DNA of 64,000 nucleotides from Alphaproteobacteria bacterium (GTDB lineage Bacteria; Pseudomonadota; Alphaproteobacteria; UBA828): NCBI GenBank assembly GCA_963422645.2, contig CAXXVO010000015.1, positions 32,001 to 96,000 of the forward strand, read 5' to 3'. Shown piece by piece: positions 9,840 to 19,416 of this stretch (position 1 is its first letter; each line of letters starts with the position of its first letter). The notes under the pieces were generated by a model. It saw only the letters and a program-made list of their open reading frames with translations, ran no database searches and was not told where the DNA came from. The position numbers and the translations under genes were made by a program.

Positions 9840-11374
9840 CGGTGTCGCACTGGCACGAAGACCTCGCCGCCCGTAACGAGGCCTTCTGCTGCCTGAAGGA
9901 GCTTCTCGAGCCATCATCCCTCGCAACCACTGTCGTCGTTGCCGTCCGGGAATGGGGGCAGGGGCTGCTGCGATCAGCCACCGCGCTCGCCCGGGAAAAT
10001 GCCGCACTCGAGCAGGAGAACGCGGCCCTGCGCGAGCGCATCGCCGAACTCGAGCGCAGCGCGGCCCTCAACAGCACCACAAGCAGCAAGCCCCCCGCCA
10101 GCGACGGGCTCAAGAAGAAAAGCGGAGCCCAGAGGCGCACCCAAAGCCAGCGCGGAAAGTCCGGCGGGCCCAGTGGCGGCCAGCCCGGCCACAAGGGAAC
10201 CACCCTCGCGCGGAGCGACAGCCCGGACCGTGTCGTCGATCACCACCCCTCCACCTGTTCCGGCTGTGGCGTCGAGCTCTCGGACGCCGACCGGCAAGGC
10301 GCGCCCGCCTGTCGGCAGGTCTTCGACGTACCCGAGCCGCAGCCTCTCGAGGTCACCGAACACCGCGCCCATCGCTGCCTCTGCGGCGCATGCGGCACGC
10401 TGACACGAGCCGCCTTCCCGCCGGGCGTCACCGCCCCGGTCCAGTACGGCCCTCGCATCACCGCTTGGGTGAGTTACCTGCTGTACGCCCAGTTCGTGCC
10501 CGAGAAGCGTCTGGCCGAACTCATGAGCGACATCTTCGCGGTGTCCATCTCCACTGCCACGATCGCCGCCATGGGCCGGCGCACAGCGCAGCGCTTCGAG
10601 GGCTTCCTCGACCATGTCGCCGATCTGATCCGCACGCAGGCGCCGGTCAAGCACCTCGACGAGACCGGCCTGCGTATCGCCGCCCGTACCCGCTGGCTCC
10701 ATGTGCTGTGCACCCCGTTGCTCACCGTCCTGCGCATCGGCGAGGGACGCGGCGATGTCGAAAAGAACCTGAAAGGCATCCTCGTCCACGACGACTTCGC
10801 CCCCTACTTCACCATCAAGGGCGTCCGCCACGGCGCCTGCAACGCACATCACCTGCGCGAACTCCAGGCCCTGATCGACATCGAGAAGGAGGAATGGGCG
10901 GCGAGCATGCACCGCCTGCTTCAGCGCGCGCGCAGGGCCGCCCGCTTCGCCCGTGAGAAAGACCGTCAAGTCCCCGCCTCCCTGGTGGCCCGCATCTCAA
11001 GGGCATGGGACCGTATCCTCGAAGAAGCCATCGCCTTCCATGAGGCCCAACCGCCGCTCCAGATCGCAAAGCGAGGGCGAAAGAAACGCCGCATCGGCCA
11101 CAACCTCGCGCGCCGCCTTCAAAAGCATAAGGAGGGCTGCCTGCGCTTCCTCACCGACCTGCGCACGCCGTTCACGAATAACGAGGCGGAGCGTGACATC
11201 CGTATGAACAAAGTGCATGAGAAGATCTCAGGCGGCTTCCGCTCCCTGCAAGGCGCCTGCAACTTCGCCGGAATGCGCAGCGTCATCGTCACCGCTCGAA
11301 AGCAAGGCTGGAACATCCTGCAAATCCTGGCGCACCCGGAACCGATGCAGCTGATCCCTATACTGCGCTCCTGA
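9836..11374 (+). CDS. tnpC: IS66 transposase, intact
   Basis: Zinc finger CSGCG...CLCGAC retained; DDE motifs present. Confidence 0.92.
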   Translation: MTVSHWHEDLAARNEAFCCLKELLEPSSLATTVVVAVREWGQGLLRSATALARENAALEQENAALRERIAELERSAALNSTTSSKPPASDGLKKKSGAQRRTQSQRGKSGGPSGGQPGHKGTTLARSDSPDRVVDHHPSTCSGCGVELSDADRQGAPACRQVFDVPEPQPLEVTEHRAHRCLCGACGTLTRAAFPPGVTAPVQYGPRITAWVSYLLYAQFVPEKRLAELMSDIFAVSISTATIAAMGRRTAQRFEGFLDHVADLIRTQAPVKHLDETGLRIAARTRWLHVLCTPLLTVLRIGEGRGDVEKNLKGILVHDDFAPYFTIKGVRHGACNAHHLRELQALIDIEKEEWAASMHRLLQRARRAARFAREKDRQVPASLVARISRAWDRILEEAIAFHEAQPPLQIAKRGRKKRRIGHNLARRLQKHKEGCLRFLTDLRTPFTNNEAERDIRMNKVHEKISGGFRSLQGACNFAGMRSVIVTARKQGWNILQILAHPEPMQLIPILRS

Positions 11375-11539
11375 ACTTCTCCGGCTCATCCTGAGTATCG
11401 CTGTCCTCTCATCTTGTTCGCGACGCGGCGTTCATCATCCTCTCGCGCTCAAGAGAGTAGGCACCCCCGCGGCGTGGGGGCGTTGACGCAAAAGGAACTG
11501 GCTTGTTCCATAAGAGAGAGGGGGTACCTGGGCAGTTAC

Positions 11540-13276
11540 GATTTGTCATTTTGGGCCAGTGGATTGAGGCGTTTCTCGTTCGGAGTTGGTGGAAAGGGCT
11601 TGACGGGAATTTCGGGAAATGACTCAACAACGACATGAGCAATCCCGAGTCGCCGCGCGGCCCTTCGACGGGAGCAGCGCCCGAAACGCCCGCGCAGAAG
11701 ATCGCCCGCCTGGAGGAGGAGAACGCCCGGCTTCGGGAGGAAAATGCCTGGCTTCGGCAGCAGAACGCGCGGCTGGAAGAGCAAGTCGCGCGTCTCGTCG
11801 AGCGCATCGAGGAGTTGGAGCGCCGTCTCGGCCTCAACAGCGGCAACAGCGTCAAGCCGCCTTCGAGCGATGGGCTGAGGAAGCCGAATTCGAAGCGGCG
11901 AACCCGAAGCCTGCGCGGCAAATCGGGCCGCAAGCCCGGTGGCCAGCCCGGCCACAAGGGCAAGACGCTGCGCCGCGCCGATCACCCGGATCGGGTGAAG
12001 GATCACGTCCCGGCTTCCTGCAAGGGATGCGGTTCGCCGCTTTCGGACGCGGCCAGGGCGGGAACGCCCGTCGCCCGCCAGGTGTTCGATCTGCCCGAGC
12101 CGAGCCCCCTGGAGGTGACCGAGCACCGGGCGCATGCCAAGTGCTGCGGGCATTGCGGGACGGTGACCCGGGCGGCGTTCCCCGACGGGGTGTCGGCGCC
12201 GGTGCAGTACGGCCCGCGCATTGCCGGGGTGGCGGTCTACCTTCAGCACGCTCACTTCCTGCCGGAGGATCGGCTGTCGCAGGTGATGGCCGAGCTCTTC
12301 GGCGCGCCGGTGACGGCTGCGACGTTGGCGACGATGAGCGAGAGGGCGGCCGAGCGGCTGCGGGACGCGGCCTTGCACATACAGGACCTGGCGGCGGGCA
12401 CGGCGCGGGTGAAACACATGGACGAGACCGGCTTGCGGATCGGCGGTCAGACGCAGTGGCTTCATGTGATCTGCACGCCGCTGCTGGCGGCGTACCGGGT
12501 CAGCGGCAAGCGCGGCGCCCTGCTCTCGGGTGTCTCCGGCATCGTCGTGCACGATCACTGGAAGCCGTACTTCGCGATGGAAGGGGTGGAGCACGGCCTG
12601 TGCAACGCCCATCACCTGCGGGAGTTGCAGGCGCTGGTGGACATCGAAGGGGAGGCTTGGGCCCGGCGGATGCAGCAGCTCCTGCGCCGAGCCAATCGCG
12701 CCGCCCGCATCGCGCTGGACAAGGATATCGCCGTTCCGGCGAGGCTTGTGGCGCTGATCGAGCGCCGATACGACGAGATCATCGCCGATGCGCTGGCCTT
12801 TCACGAGAGCCAACCACCGTTCTCGCCTGGCAAGAGGAAGAAGCGCCGGAAGCGAAGGATCGGTCACAATCTGGCCTTGAGGCTGCGCGACCACAAATGC
12901 GCGGTGCTCCGGTTCCTGATCGACCTCGAGGTCGGGTTCACGAACAACGAGGCCGAGCGCGACCTTCGGATGATGAAGCTGCGCCAGAAGATCTCCGGGG
13001 GCTTCCGGTCCGCGCAGGGGGCCGAGAACTTCGCCATCCTGCGCAGCGTCATCACCACCGCCAGAAAGCAGGGCTGGAATATCATCGAAGCCCTGACCAG
13101 CCCATCGGATCGGCTCATCGCCACCGTCAAGTGCGCGTAAGCTCACCTGGCACGGGTTCTCCAACAGCGGAGCCATTCTCATAAACGATCATGGTCGACG
13201 CCGTGCTGGACCACCCCATAGAATGAAAATCGGTGCCCGTCGCGCGGGCGGACTTCGGGCCACATCGGGGTAGCTT
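11540..13276 (+). mobile_element. IS66-B, truncated at both ends
   Basis: Matches 16413 onward; lacks the first 19 bp and is cut after GGGTAGCTT. Confidence 0.9.
11635..13140 (+). CDS. tnpC: IS66 transposase (single-ORF, ISBst12-like group)
   Basis: GGQPGHKG, CKGCG, HMDETG, TNNEAERDLR; one G>V change against the other B copies. Confidence 0.92.
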   Translation: MSNPESPRGPSTGAAPETPAQKIARLEEENARLREENAWLRQQNARLEEQVARLVERIEELERRLGLNSGNSVKPPSSDGLRKPNSKRRTRSLRGKSGRKPGGQPGHKGKTLRRADHPDRVKDHVPASCKGCGSPLSDAARAGTPVARQVFDLPEPSPLEVTEHRAHAKCCGHCGTVTRAAFPDGVSAPVQYGPRIAGVAVYLQHAHFLPEDRLSQVMAELFGAPVTAATLATMSERAAERLRDAALHIQDLAAGTARVKHMDETGLRIGGQTQWLHVICTPLLAAYRVSGKRGALLSGVSGIVVHDHWKPYFAMEGVEHGLCNAHHLRELQALVDIEGEAWARRMQQLLRRANRAARIALDKDIAVPARLVALIERRYDEIIADALAFHESQPPFSPGKRKKRRKRRIGHNLALRLRDHKCAVLRFLIDLEVGFTNNEAERDLRMMKLRQKISGGFRSAQGAENFAILRSVITTARKQGWNIIEALTSPSDRLIATVKCA

Positions 13277-13397
13277 CAGACTTCCTGACCTCGTGATGCT
13301 GGCTGTTCTGGGCAGCGTGCCGGGAACTCCTTGAATTCTGATACATTTCGGTTGTTTCAGGCGGTTTTTCGCTGGGTGTCGCGCCCGAGGTCTGATA
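13277..13397 (+). mobile_element. Left-end fragment of the IS4-like element
   Basis: Starts CAGACTTCCTGACCTCGTG; reverse complement of 3888-4008; cut by IS21. Confidence 0.85.
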
Positions 13398-13488
13398 TGT
13401 CAATCGGCTTTCAATACTGACCCCCGATCGGCGTGCAAAATTGACCCCCCTGAGTGGCAACCGGGCCGCAAGGGAGGCCGGCGGCGGG

Positions 13489-14217
13489 TCAGGAGCGGTT
13501 CTTGAAGCGCCAGCTCTCGTTGCCGGTCTCGATGATCTCGCAATGATGGGTGAGGCGATCGAGCAGCGCTGTGGTCATCTTGGGGTCGCCGAAGACGGAT
13601 GGCCATTCGCCGAAGGCGAGGTTTGTGGTGATGACGATCGAGGTGCGCTCGTAGAGCCGGCTCATCAGATGGAAGAGCAGCTGCCCACCGGCCTGGGCGA
13701 AGGGCAGGTAGCCGAGCTCGTCGAGGATGACGAAGTCGCGGCGGACGAGCTGGTCTGCAGTGCGGCCCTGGCGTCCGGCGCGAAGCTCGGCCTCGAGGAG
13801 GTTGACCAGGTCGACGACGTTGTAGCACCGGCCGCGCGCGCCCTTGCGGATGCAGGACCGCGCGATGGCGACGGCGAGATGGGTCTTGCCGGTACCGGTG
13901 CCGCCGACCAGCACGATGTTGCGTTTGCCCTCGAGGAAGCCGCCGCCGGCGAGCTCCTGGATCAGGGGCTCGTTGACCGGCGAGGCGGCGAAGTCGAAGT
14001 CGGCCAGCTCCTTGACCGTCGGCAGCTTGGCGGAGGCCATCTGGTACTTGATCGAGCGGGCCCTCTTGTCGGCGATCTCGACCTGCAGCAGCGTACCGAT
14101 GATCTGTTGCACCGGATGGCGGCGCTTGAGCCCGTCGGCAAGGATGTCGTCGTAAGCGGCGCGCATACCTGCGAGCTTCAGCTGGGTCATCATCTCCAGC
14201 ACATCATGACGCTCCAT
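13489..14217 (-). CDS. istB: IS21 helper ATPase IstB
   Basis: [11 protein letters not shown] Walker [19 protein letters not shown]. Confidence 0.95.
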   Translation of the reverse strand: MERHDVLEMMTQLKLAGMRAAYDDILADGLKRRHPVQQIIGTLLQVEIADKRARSIKYQMASAKLPTVKELADFDFAASPVNEPLIQELAGGGFLEGKRNIVLVGGTGTGKTHLAVAIARSCIRKGARGRCYNVVDLVNLLEAELRAGRQGRTADQLVRRDFVILDELGYLPFAQAGGQLLFHLMSRLYERTSIVITTNLAFGEWPSVFGDPKMTTALLDRLTHHCEIIETGNESWRFKNRS

Positions 14218-15718
14218 GACCGGCCTCCCTCAGGCTGTCGTAGCGCTGACAGTCGGCTACCGGCTTGTGGCGAAGCTGCAGGCCCTCGGGCGTCGGGATG
14301 ATTGCCGGCGGTGCCGGCTGGCGCTGCCGGGCGAGGATGTTGAGCACCACGTCGGCGCTGCAGGCACCGCAGTCGAGCGTCTCGGCACAGGCCGCCTCAA
14401 CCGCCTCCAGTCCGTCCTCCAGCACCGCCGCGAGCACCTTGACGAACTGCCGGTCGCCGTCGTCGTGGCCCGCGAGCCGGGTTCGCAGGCGGCCGAGCGC
14501 GTTGGGCAACTGCCAGTCCTTGAAGGGCGCGCCATTGCGTAGCGCGCCGGGCTTCCGCGTCAGGATCGGCACGTAATGCCACGGATCGTAGACGAACCGG
14601 CCGCGCCCGAAGCTGCGGGGGTGCTCGGCAACGGTCTCGCCGTCCTGGCGGATGACGATCCGATCGGCATAGGCCCGCACGTCCACCGGCCGGCCGACGG
14701 CGCGGGCCGCGACGCTGTACTGGTTGTTGTCGAAGCGCACCAGACAGGTCTTCGAGACCGACACCTCGCTGGCATGGAAGCCGTCGAAGGGGCCGCGATA
14801 CGCCATCAGGAAGGGCTGCTCCTCCTCGAACACCTGCCACACCGTCTTGCCCGGGATTGTCGGATGCGGATGCTTCTTGGCGTCCTCGATGCACCGATCC
14901 ATCAGCCACTCGTTGATCTCGGCGTAGGAGCGGCCCCGCGGGATGGGCACGAACAGGCGGCCGCGAAGGTCACCCACCTGCTTCTCGACCTGCCCCTTCT
15001 CCCAGCCAGCCCCTGGCGTGCACGCCACAGGCTCCACCAGATGGTGCGAGCACAGCTCCTGGAAGCGGCGGTTGTAGTCCCGCTTCTTGCCCACGAAGAT
15101 CGTGCTCACCGCCGTCTTCATGTTGTCGTAGATGCCCCGCCGGCAGACCCCGCCGAAGAAGCGGAAGGCACGCTCGTGCGCCTCGAAGACCATCTCCTGG
15201 CTCTCGCGGGGAAAGATCTGGACCAGATACATCCGGCTGTGGCACAGCCGCATGTGCGCCGCCTTCACCCTGGTCGTCGCGCCCGACAGACGCGCGTACT
15301 CGTGGCTCCAGTCGAACTGGTAGGCCTCGCCGGGATCGAAGATCAGCGGCACATAGGCCTGCGCCGGCGACAACAGCCGCCACCGGCGCCGCCAGGCCCT
15401 GGCATAGCGGCGAACCGCGTCATAGCCGCCCTTGTAGCCCAGCGACACAAGGTCTTCATGAATCCGCAGAAGAGACAGCCGATCCTTGCGTGCCTTCTTC
15501 TCGTTGGCCTTCAGCTGGCGCTCAAGCTCCTCCACCCACAGCCCAAGCTTCGGCATCGGCTGGATCTTGCGCTCGTAGCTGTGCGAGGTCGCATCGCCCC
15601 GCACCACCTTGCGTATCGTGTTCTTGGAAACCCTCAAATCCCGGGCGAGCTTCTTGATCGGAACGCCCTTCACCAGATGATCCCGACGGATCTTCGCGAT
15701 CGTTTCCACAACCAGCAT
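14204..15718 (-). CDS. istA: IS21 transposase IstA
   Basis: HTH N-terminus, [19 protein letters not shown]. Confidence 0.95.
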   Translation of the reverse strand: MLVVETIAKIRRDHLVKGVPIKKLARDLRVSKNTIRKVVRGDATSHSYERKIQPMPKLGLWVEELERQLKANEKKARKDRLSLLRIHEDLVSLGYKGGYDAVRRYARAWRRRWRLLSPAQAYVPLIFDPGEAYQFDWSHEYARLSGATTRVKAAHMRLCHSRMYLVQIFPRESQEMVFEAHERAFRFFGGVCRRGIYDNMKTAVSTIFVGKKRDYNRRFQELCSHHLVEPVACTPGAGWEKGQVEKQVGDLRGRLFVPIPRGRSYAEINEWLMDRCIEDAKKHPHPTIPGKTVWQVFEEEQPFLMAYRGPFDGFHASEVSVSKTCLVRFDNNQYSVAARAVGRPVDVRAYADRIVIRQDGETVAEHPRSFGRGRFVYDPWHYVPILTRKPGALRNGAPFKDWQLPNALGRLRTRLAGHDDGDRQFVKVLAAVLEDGLEAVEAACAETLDCGACSADVVLNILARQRQPAPPAIIPTPEGLQLRHKPVADCQRYDSLREAGHGAS

Positions 15719-15837
15719 CTCCCCCACCACCCCGTCCGTCCAAACGACGAGGTGTGTTCATGGACACAAATCCAAGGGGGTCAATTTTGGACGCCGATCA
15801 CCCCCAATAGGGGGTCACTTTTCCACGCTTAACAACA

Positions 15838-16150
15838 CGCAATTCAGCAGCATCCTGACTTGCGGTTAGGTCTGCCTCAATTCGTTGTGGGACATGCTGA
15901 AGAACGTGCGGTCGAAGAGTAGTTCTTCGTCGTCGCGAATCAGACCCTCGTAAGGGCCCGCAAGACGCCCGGGCCCTGAAAATTCCCCGATCGGCAGGTG
16001 GCCTTTGCCGTAGCGATCGGTGACCGGCTCCTGGACGATCTCGCGTTCGCTTAACAGGCGCCAGAAATCAGTATCCGAGTGAATGCCGCCGGGCATACGG
16101 TGGCTGTACCCGATGATGGCAACCCCGTCGCTGATGTAAGGCGCGTCCAT
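15838..16150 (-). pseudogene. Type I PKS/FAS ketosynthase N-terminal remnant
   Basis: VAIIGYSHRMPGG...FWRLL...FDRTFF; the DPQxRxLL motif reads T*PQVRMLL (stop in place of Asp), then cut by IS21. Confidence 0.8.
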
Positions 16151-16507
16151 GCAATAGAACTCCGCTAAACGGCATCATTAACGCCGCAATAACGATTCTC
16201 TCCTTACAAGTCGGTGATGCCAAATTTCCGACTTCTTGCAGGCGATCGCACGGTCTTCGAAGTCTTTTCGATCGCTCGTCCTCCCCTGGTCGAAGCGCTA
16301 TGTTGCAATCGTATATCCAGCGCCGCCATTACTTCCAATAGCGATTTCTTGGCTGCTCCATAAGAAACGCTGATTGCGGAGGGTAGAAGTATGGTAACTG
16401 CCCAGGTCGTCTGATTTGTCATTTTGGGCCAGTGGATTGAGGCGTTTCTCGTTCGGAGTTGGTGGAAAGGGCTTGACGGGAATTTCGGGAAATGACTCAA
16501 CAACGAC

Positions 16508-18013
16508 ATGAGCAATCCCGAGTCGCCGCGCGGCCCTTCGACGGGAGCAGCGCCCGAAACGCCCGCGCAGAAGATCGCCCGCCTGGAGGAGGAGAACGCC
16601 CGGCTTCGGGAGGAAAATGCCTGGCTTCGGCAGCAGAACGCGCGGCTGGAAGAGCAAGTCGCGCGTCTCGTCGAGCGCATCGAGGAGTTGGAGCGCCGTC
16701 TCGGCCTCAACAGCGGCAACAGCGGCAAGCCGCCTTCGAGCGATGGGCTGAGGAAGCCGAATTCGAAGCGGCGAACCCGAAGCCTGCGCGGCAAATCGGG
16801 CCGCAAGCCCGGTGGCCAGCCCGGCCACAAGGGCAAGACGCTGCGCCGCGCCGATCACCCGGATCGGGTGAAGGATCACGTCCCGGCTTCCTGCAAGGGA
16901 TGCGGTTCGCCGCTTTCGGACGCGGCCAGGGCGGGAACGCCCGTCGCCCGCCAGGTGTTCGATCTGCCCGAGCCGAGCCCCCTGGAGGTGACCGAGCACC
17001 GGGCGCATGCCAAGTGCTGCGGGCATTGCGGGACGGTGACCCGGGCGGCGTTCCCCGACGGGGTGTCGGCGCCGGTGCAGTACGGCCCGCGCATTGCCGG
17101 GGTGGCGGTCTACCTTCAGCACGCTCACTTCCTGCCGGAGGATCGGCTGTCGCAGGTGATGGCCGAGCTCTTCGGCGCGCCGGTGACGGCTGCGACGTTG
17201 GCGACGATGAGCGAGAGGGCGGCCGAGCGGCTGCGGGACGCGGCCTTGCACATACAGGACCTGGCGGCGGGCACGGCGCGGGTGAAACACATGGACGAGA
17301 CCGGCTTGCGGATCGGCGGTCAGACGCAGTGGCTTCATGTGATCTGCACGCCGCTGCTGGCGGCGTACCGGGTCAGCGGCAAGCGCGGCGCCCTGCTCTC
17401 GGGTGTCTCCGGCATCGTCGTGCACGATCACTGGAAGCCGTACTTCGCGATGGAAGGGGTGGAGCACGGCCTGTGCAACGCCCATCACCTGCGGGAGTTG
17501 CAGGCGCTGGTGGACATCGAAGGGGAGGCTTGGGCCCGGCGGATGCAGCAGCTCCTGCGCCGAGCCAATCGCGCCGCCCGCATCGCGCTGGACAAGGATA
17601 TCGCCGTTCCGGCGAGGCTTGTGGCGCTGATCGAGCGCCGATACGACGAGATCATCGCCGATGCGCTGGCCTTTCACGAGAGCCAACCACCGTTCTCGCC
17701 TGGCAAGAGGAAGAAGCGCCGGAAGCGAAGGATCGGTCACAATCTGGCCTTGAGGCTGCGCGACCACAAATGCGCGGTGCTCCGGTTCCTGATCGACCTC
17801 GAGGTCGGGTTCACGAACAACGAGGCCGAGCGCGACCTTCGGATGATGAAGCTGCGCCAGAAGATCTCCGGGGGCTTCCGGTCCGCGCAGGGGGCCGAGA
17901 ACTTCGCCATCCTGCGCAGCGTCATCACCACCGCCAGAAAGCAGGGCTGGAATATCATCGAAGCCCTGACCAGCCCATCGGATCGGCTCATCGCCACCGT
18001 CAAGTGCGCGTAA
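16508..18013 (+). CDS. tnpC: IS66 transposase
   Basis: Coiled coil, zinc finger and DDE motifs. Confidence 0.93.
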   Translation: MSNPESPRGPSTGAAPETPAQKIARLEEENARLREENAWLRQQNARLEEQVARLVERIEELERRLGLNSGNSGKPPSSDGLRKPNSKRRTRSLRGKSGRKPGGQPGHKGKTLRRADHPDRVKDHVPASCKGCGSPLSDAARAGTPVARQVFDLPEPSPLEVTEHRAHAKCCGHCGTVTRAAFPDGVSAPVQYGPRIAGVAVYLQHAHFLPEDRLSQVMAELFGAPVTAATLATMSERAAERLRDAALHIQDLAAGTARVKHMDETGLRIGGQTQWLHVICTPLLAAYRVSGKRGALLSGVSGIVVHDHWKPYFAMEGVEHGLCNAHHLRELQALVDIEGEAWARRMQQLLRRANRAARIALDKDIAVPARLVALIERRYDEIIADALAFHESQPPFSPGKRKKRRKRRIGHNLALRLRDHKCAVLRFLIDLEVGFTNNEAERDLRMMKLRQKISGGFRSAQGAENFAILRSVITTARKQGWNIIEALTSPSDRLIATVKCA

Positions 18014-18109
18014 GCTCACCTGGCACGGGTTCTCCAACAGCGGAGCCATTCTCATAAACGATCATGGTCGACGCCGTGCTGGACCACCCCATAGAATGAA
18101 AATCGGTGC

Positions 18110-18265
18110 CCGTCGCGCGGGCGGACTTCGGGCCACATCGGGGTAGCTTACCGGTCGCAGTCCGCAAGAGGGGCATCGTGAGCTGTGAAACCCGGCGACC
18201 ACAGAGGAGCACACGGGCGTCGCGTGGGTAGCGTTGTGCCGAATCCCAGAGAATTTTCACAGCAA
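18110..18265 (+). ncRNA. IS110-type non-coding end carried inside IS66-B
   Basis: Similar to 345-482 (CTTCGG(G/A)CCACATCGGGG core; TTTCAC(A/G)GCAA end); GCTGTGAAA 18182-18190 complements 18255-18263. Confidence 0.45.
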
Positions 18266-18292
18266 GAACCTGGGCAGTTACGAAGTATGCGG

Positions 18293-19414
18293 CTACGCCC
18301 GCGCCTCTCCCTTGAACACCGCCGCCGCGTCGGCAAGGCCGAGGGAGTTCGCCGTGAGCGCCAGGCTCGAGCGCACCTTGCGCGGCAGCGGGACTCCGTG
18401 CGCGCGCCGCTGGGCGCGCATCTCCTCCTCGGGCTCGCCGGGCAGGCGCACCCGTTCGTGCCCCGGTGCCGTGCGCGCGCTGCGCACGAAGGCGACGTAG
18501 CGGTCGAGCTCGGGCCACAGCAGCGTCTCGGTGCCGAAGCGCTTAGGCTCGAGCAGGATGGAGAGCATGTTGTTCTCCAGTATCTCTTGGCCCTCCCGGG
18601 CGCAGCCGCCGCCGGTGAGCGCGCCGGCCAGCAGCTCGCACATGATGCTGATGCCGGAGCCCTTGTGCTCCCCCATTGCGCGAATGGCACCGGACCCTGG
18701 GCGATGGTCCATAGGCTGGGAGCCGTCCTTGATGCCGTAGACCGCGTTCGGATCGGTGGTGAGCGCACCGTCCCGCTCGATGATCGCGCCCTCAGGCAGC
18801 GGCTTGCCGCCGTTGAGCGCGACCAGCATCTTGCCCTCGGCCACGATCGACGTCGCGCAGTCGAGCACCAGCGGCGGCCCCTCCGGCATCGGCACGCCGA
18901 TGCAGAGGGGGTTGGTGGACATGCGCCGCTCGGTCCCGCCGAAGGGCGCCACCAGCATGCCGAGGCCGCTGGTGTTGACGAAGTGGACCGAGATCAGGCC
19001 CTCTGCGGCCGCAAGCTCGGCCCAGTCGCCGATCCGCCCCAGGTGGCCCGAGTTGCGCAGGCCCACCACGGCGACGCCGTACTCGCGCGTCCTCTCCACG
19101 CCCAGCGTGATCGCCTGTTCGCCGATGGTCTGGCCGAAGCCGTGGTCCCCGTCCAGCACGGCGACGGCGCCGGCGTCCATCACCGTCTTCACGCTGCGGC
19201 CAGCGTAGACAGTACCGGTGTCGAGCCAGTGGACATAGCGCGGCACGCGGATGACGCCGTGGCTGTCGTGCCCGGTGAGGTTGGATTCGACCAGACGGCG
19301 GGCGATACGCGCCCCTTCGGCCTCGTCGCAGCCGGCGGCCTGGAAGATCGCGGCAACGGCCTCCCTCAGCCGCCCGGCATCGATCGCAAGGGCGTCTTCT
19401 TGAGCAACGTTCAT
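18293..19414 (-). CDS. Malate/lactate/ureidoglycolate dehydrogenase (Ldh_2 family)
   Basis: GHDSHGVIR, NSGHLGRIG, STNPLC, GEHKGSG; start taken at MNVAQ. Confidence 0.9.
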   Translation of the reverse strand: MNVAQEDALAIDAGRLREAVAAIFQAAGCDEAEGARIARRLVESNLTGHDSHGVIRVPRYVHWLDTGTVYAGRSVKTVMDAGAVAVLDGDHGFGQTIGEQAITLGVERTREYGVAVVGLRNSGHLGRIGDWAELAAAEGLISVHFVNTSGLGMLVAPFGGTERRMSTNPLCIGVPMPEGPPLVLDCATSIVAEGKMLVALNGGKPLPEGAIIERDGALTTDPNAVYGIKDGSQPMDHRPGSGAIRAMGEHKGSGISIMCELLAGALTGGGCAREGQEILENNMLSILLEPKRFGTETLLWPELDRYVAFVRSARTAPGHERVRLPGEPEEEMRAQRRAHGVPLPRKVRSSLALTANSLGLADAAAVFKGEARA

Positions 19415-19416
19415 GG

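Larger units (their letters stand above)
9032..11539 (+). mobile_element. IS66-A copy 3, full length
   Basis: Both IRs; 129 bp longer than copies 1 and 2; flanks do not form a TSD. Confidence 0.93.
13398..15837 (-). mobile_element. IS21-family element
   Basis: TGT...ACA ends with repeated TGACCCC boxes; istA-istB pair; no TSD. Confidence 0.92.
16394..18281 (+). mobile_element. IS66-B, complete
   Basis: IRs GTAACTGCCCAGGT / ACCTGGGCAGTTAC; 8-bp TSD GAAGTATG. Confidence 0.96.

Noticed and set aside
572-11539. Three IS66-A copies as a pure assembly artefact
   Set aside because: Copies differ by SNPs and a deletion, have distinct flanks, and copy 2 has a proper 8-bp TSD; read support is still desirable.
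11536-13184. Long antisense and alternate-frame ORFs over IS66-B and many other genes
   Set aside because: Shadow ORFs expected at high GC; no recognisable motifs, and they mirror real genes.
16208-16235. AAGTCGG...CCGACTT inverted repeat upstream of the PKS remnant
   Set aside because: Only a 7-bp stem in one copy; no function can be supported.
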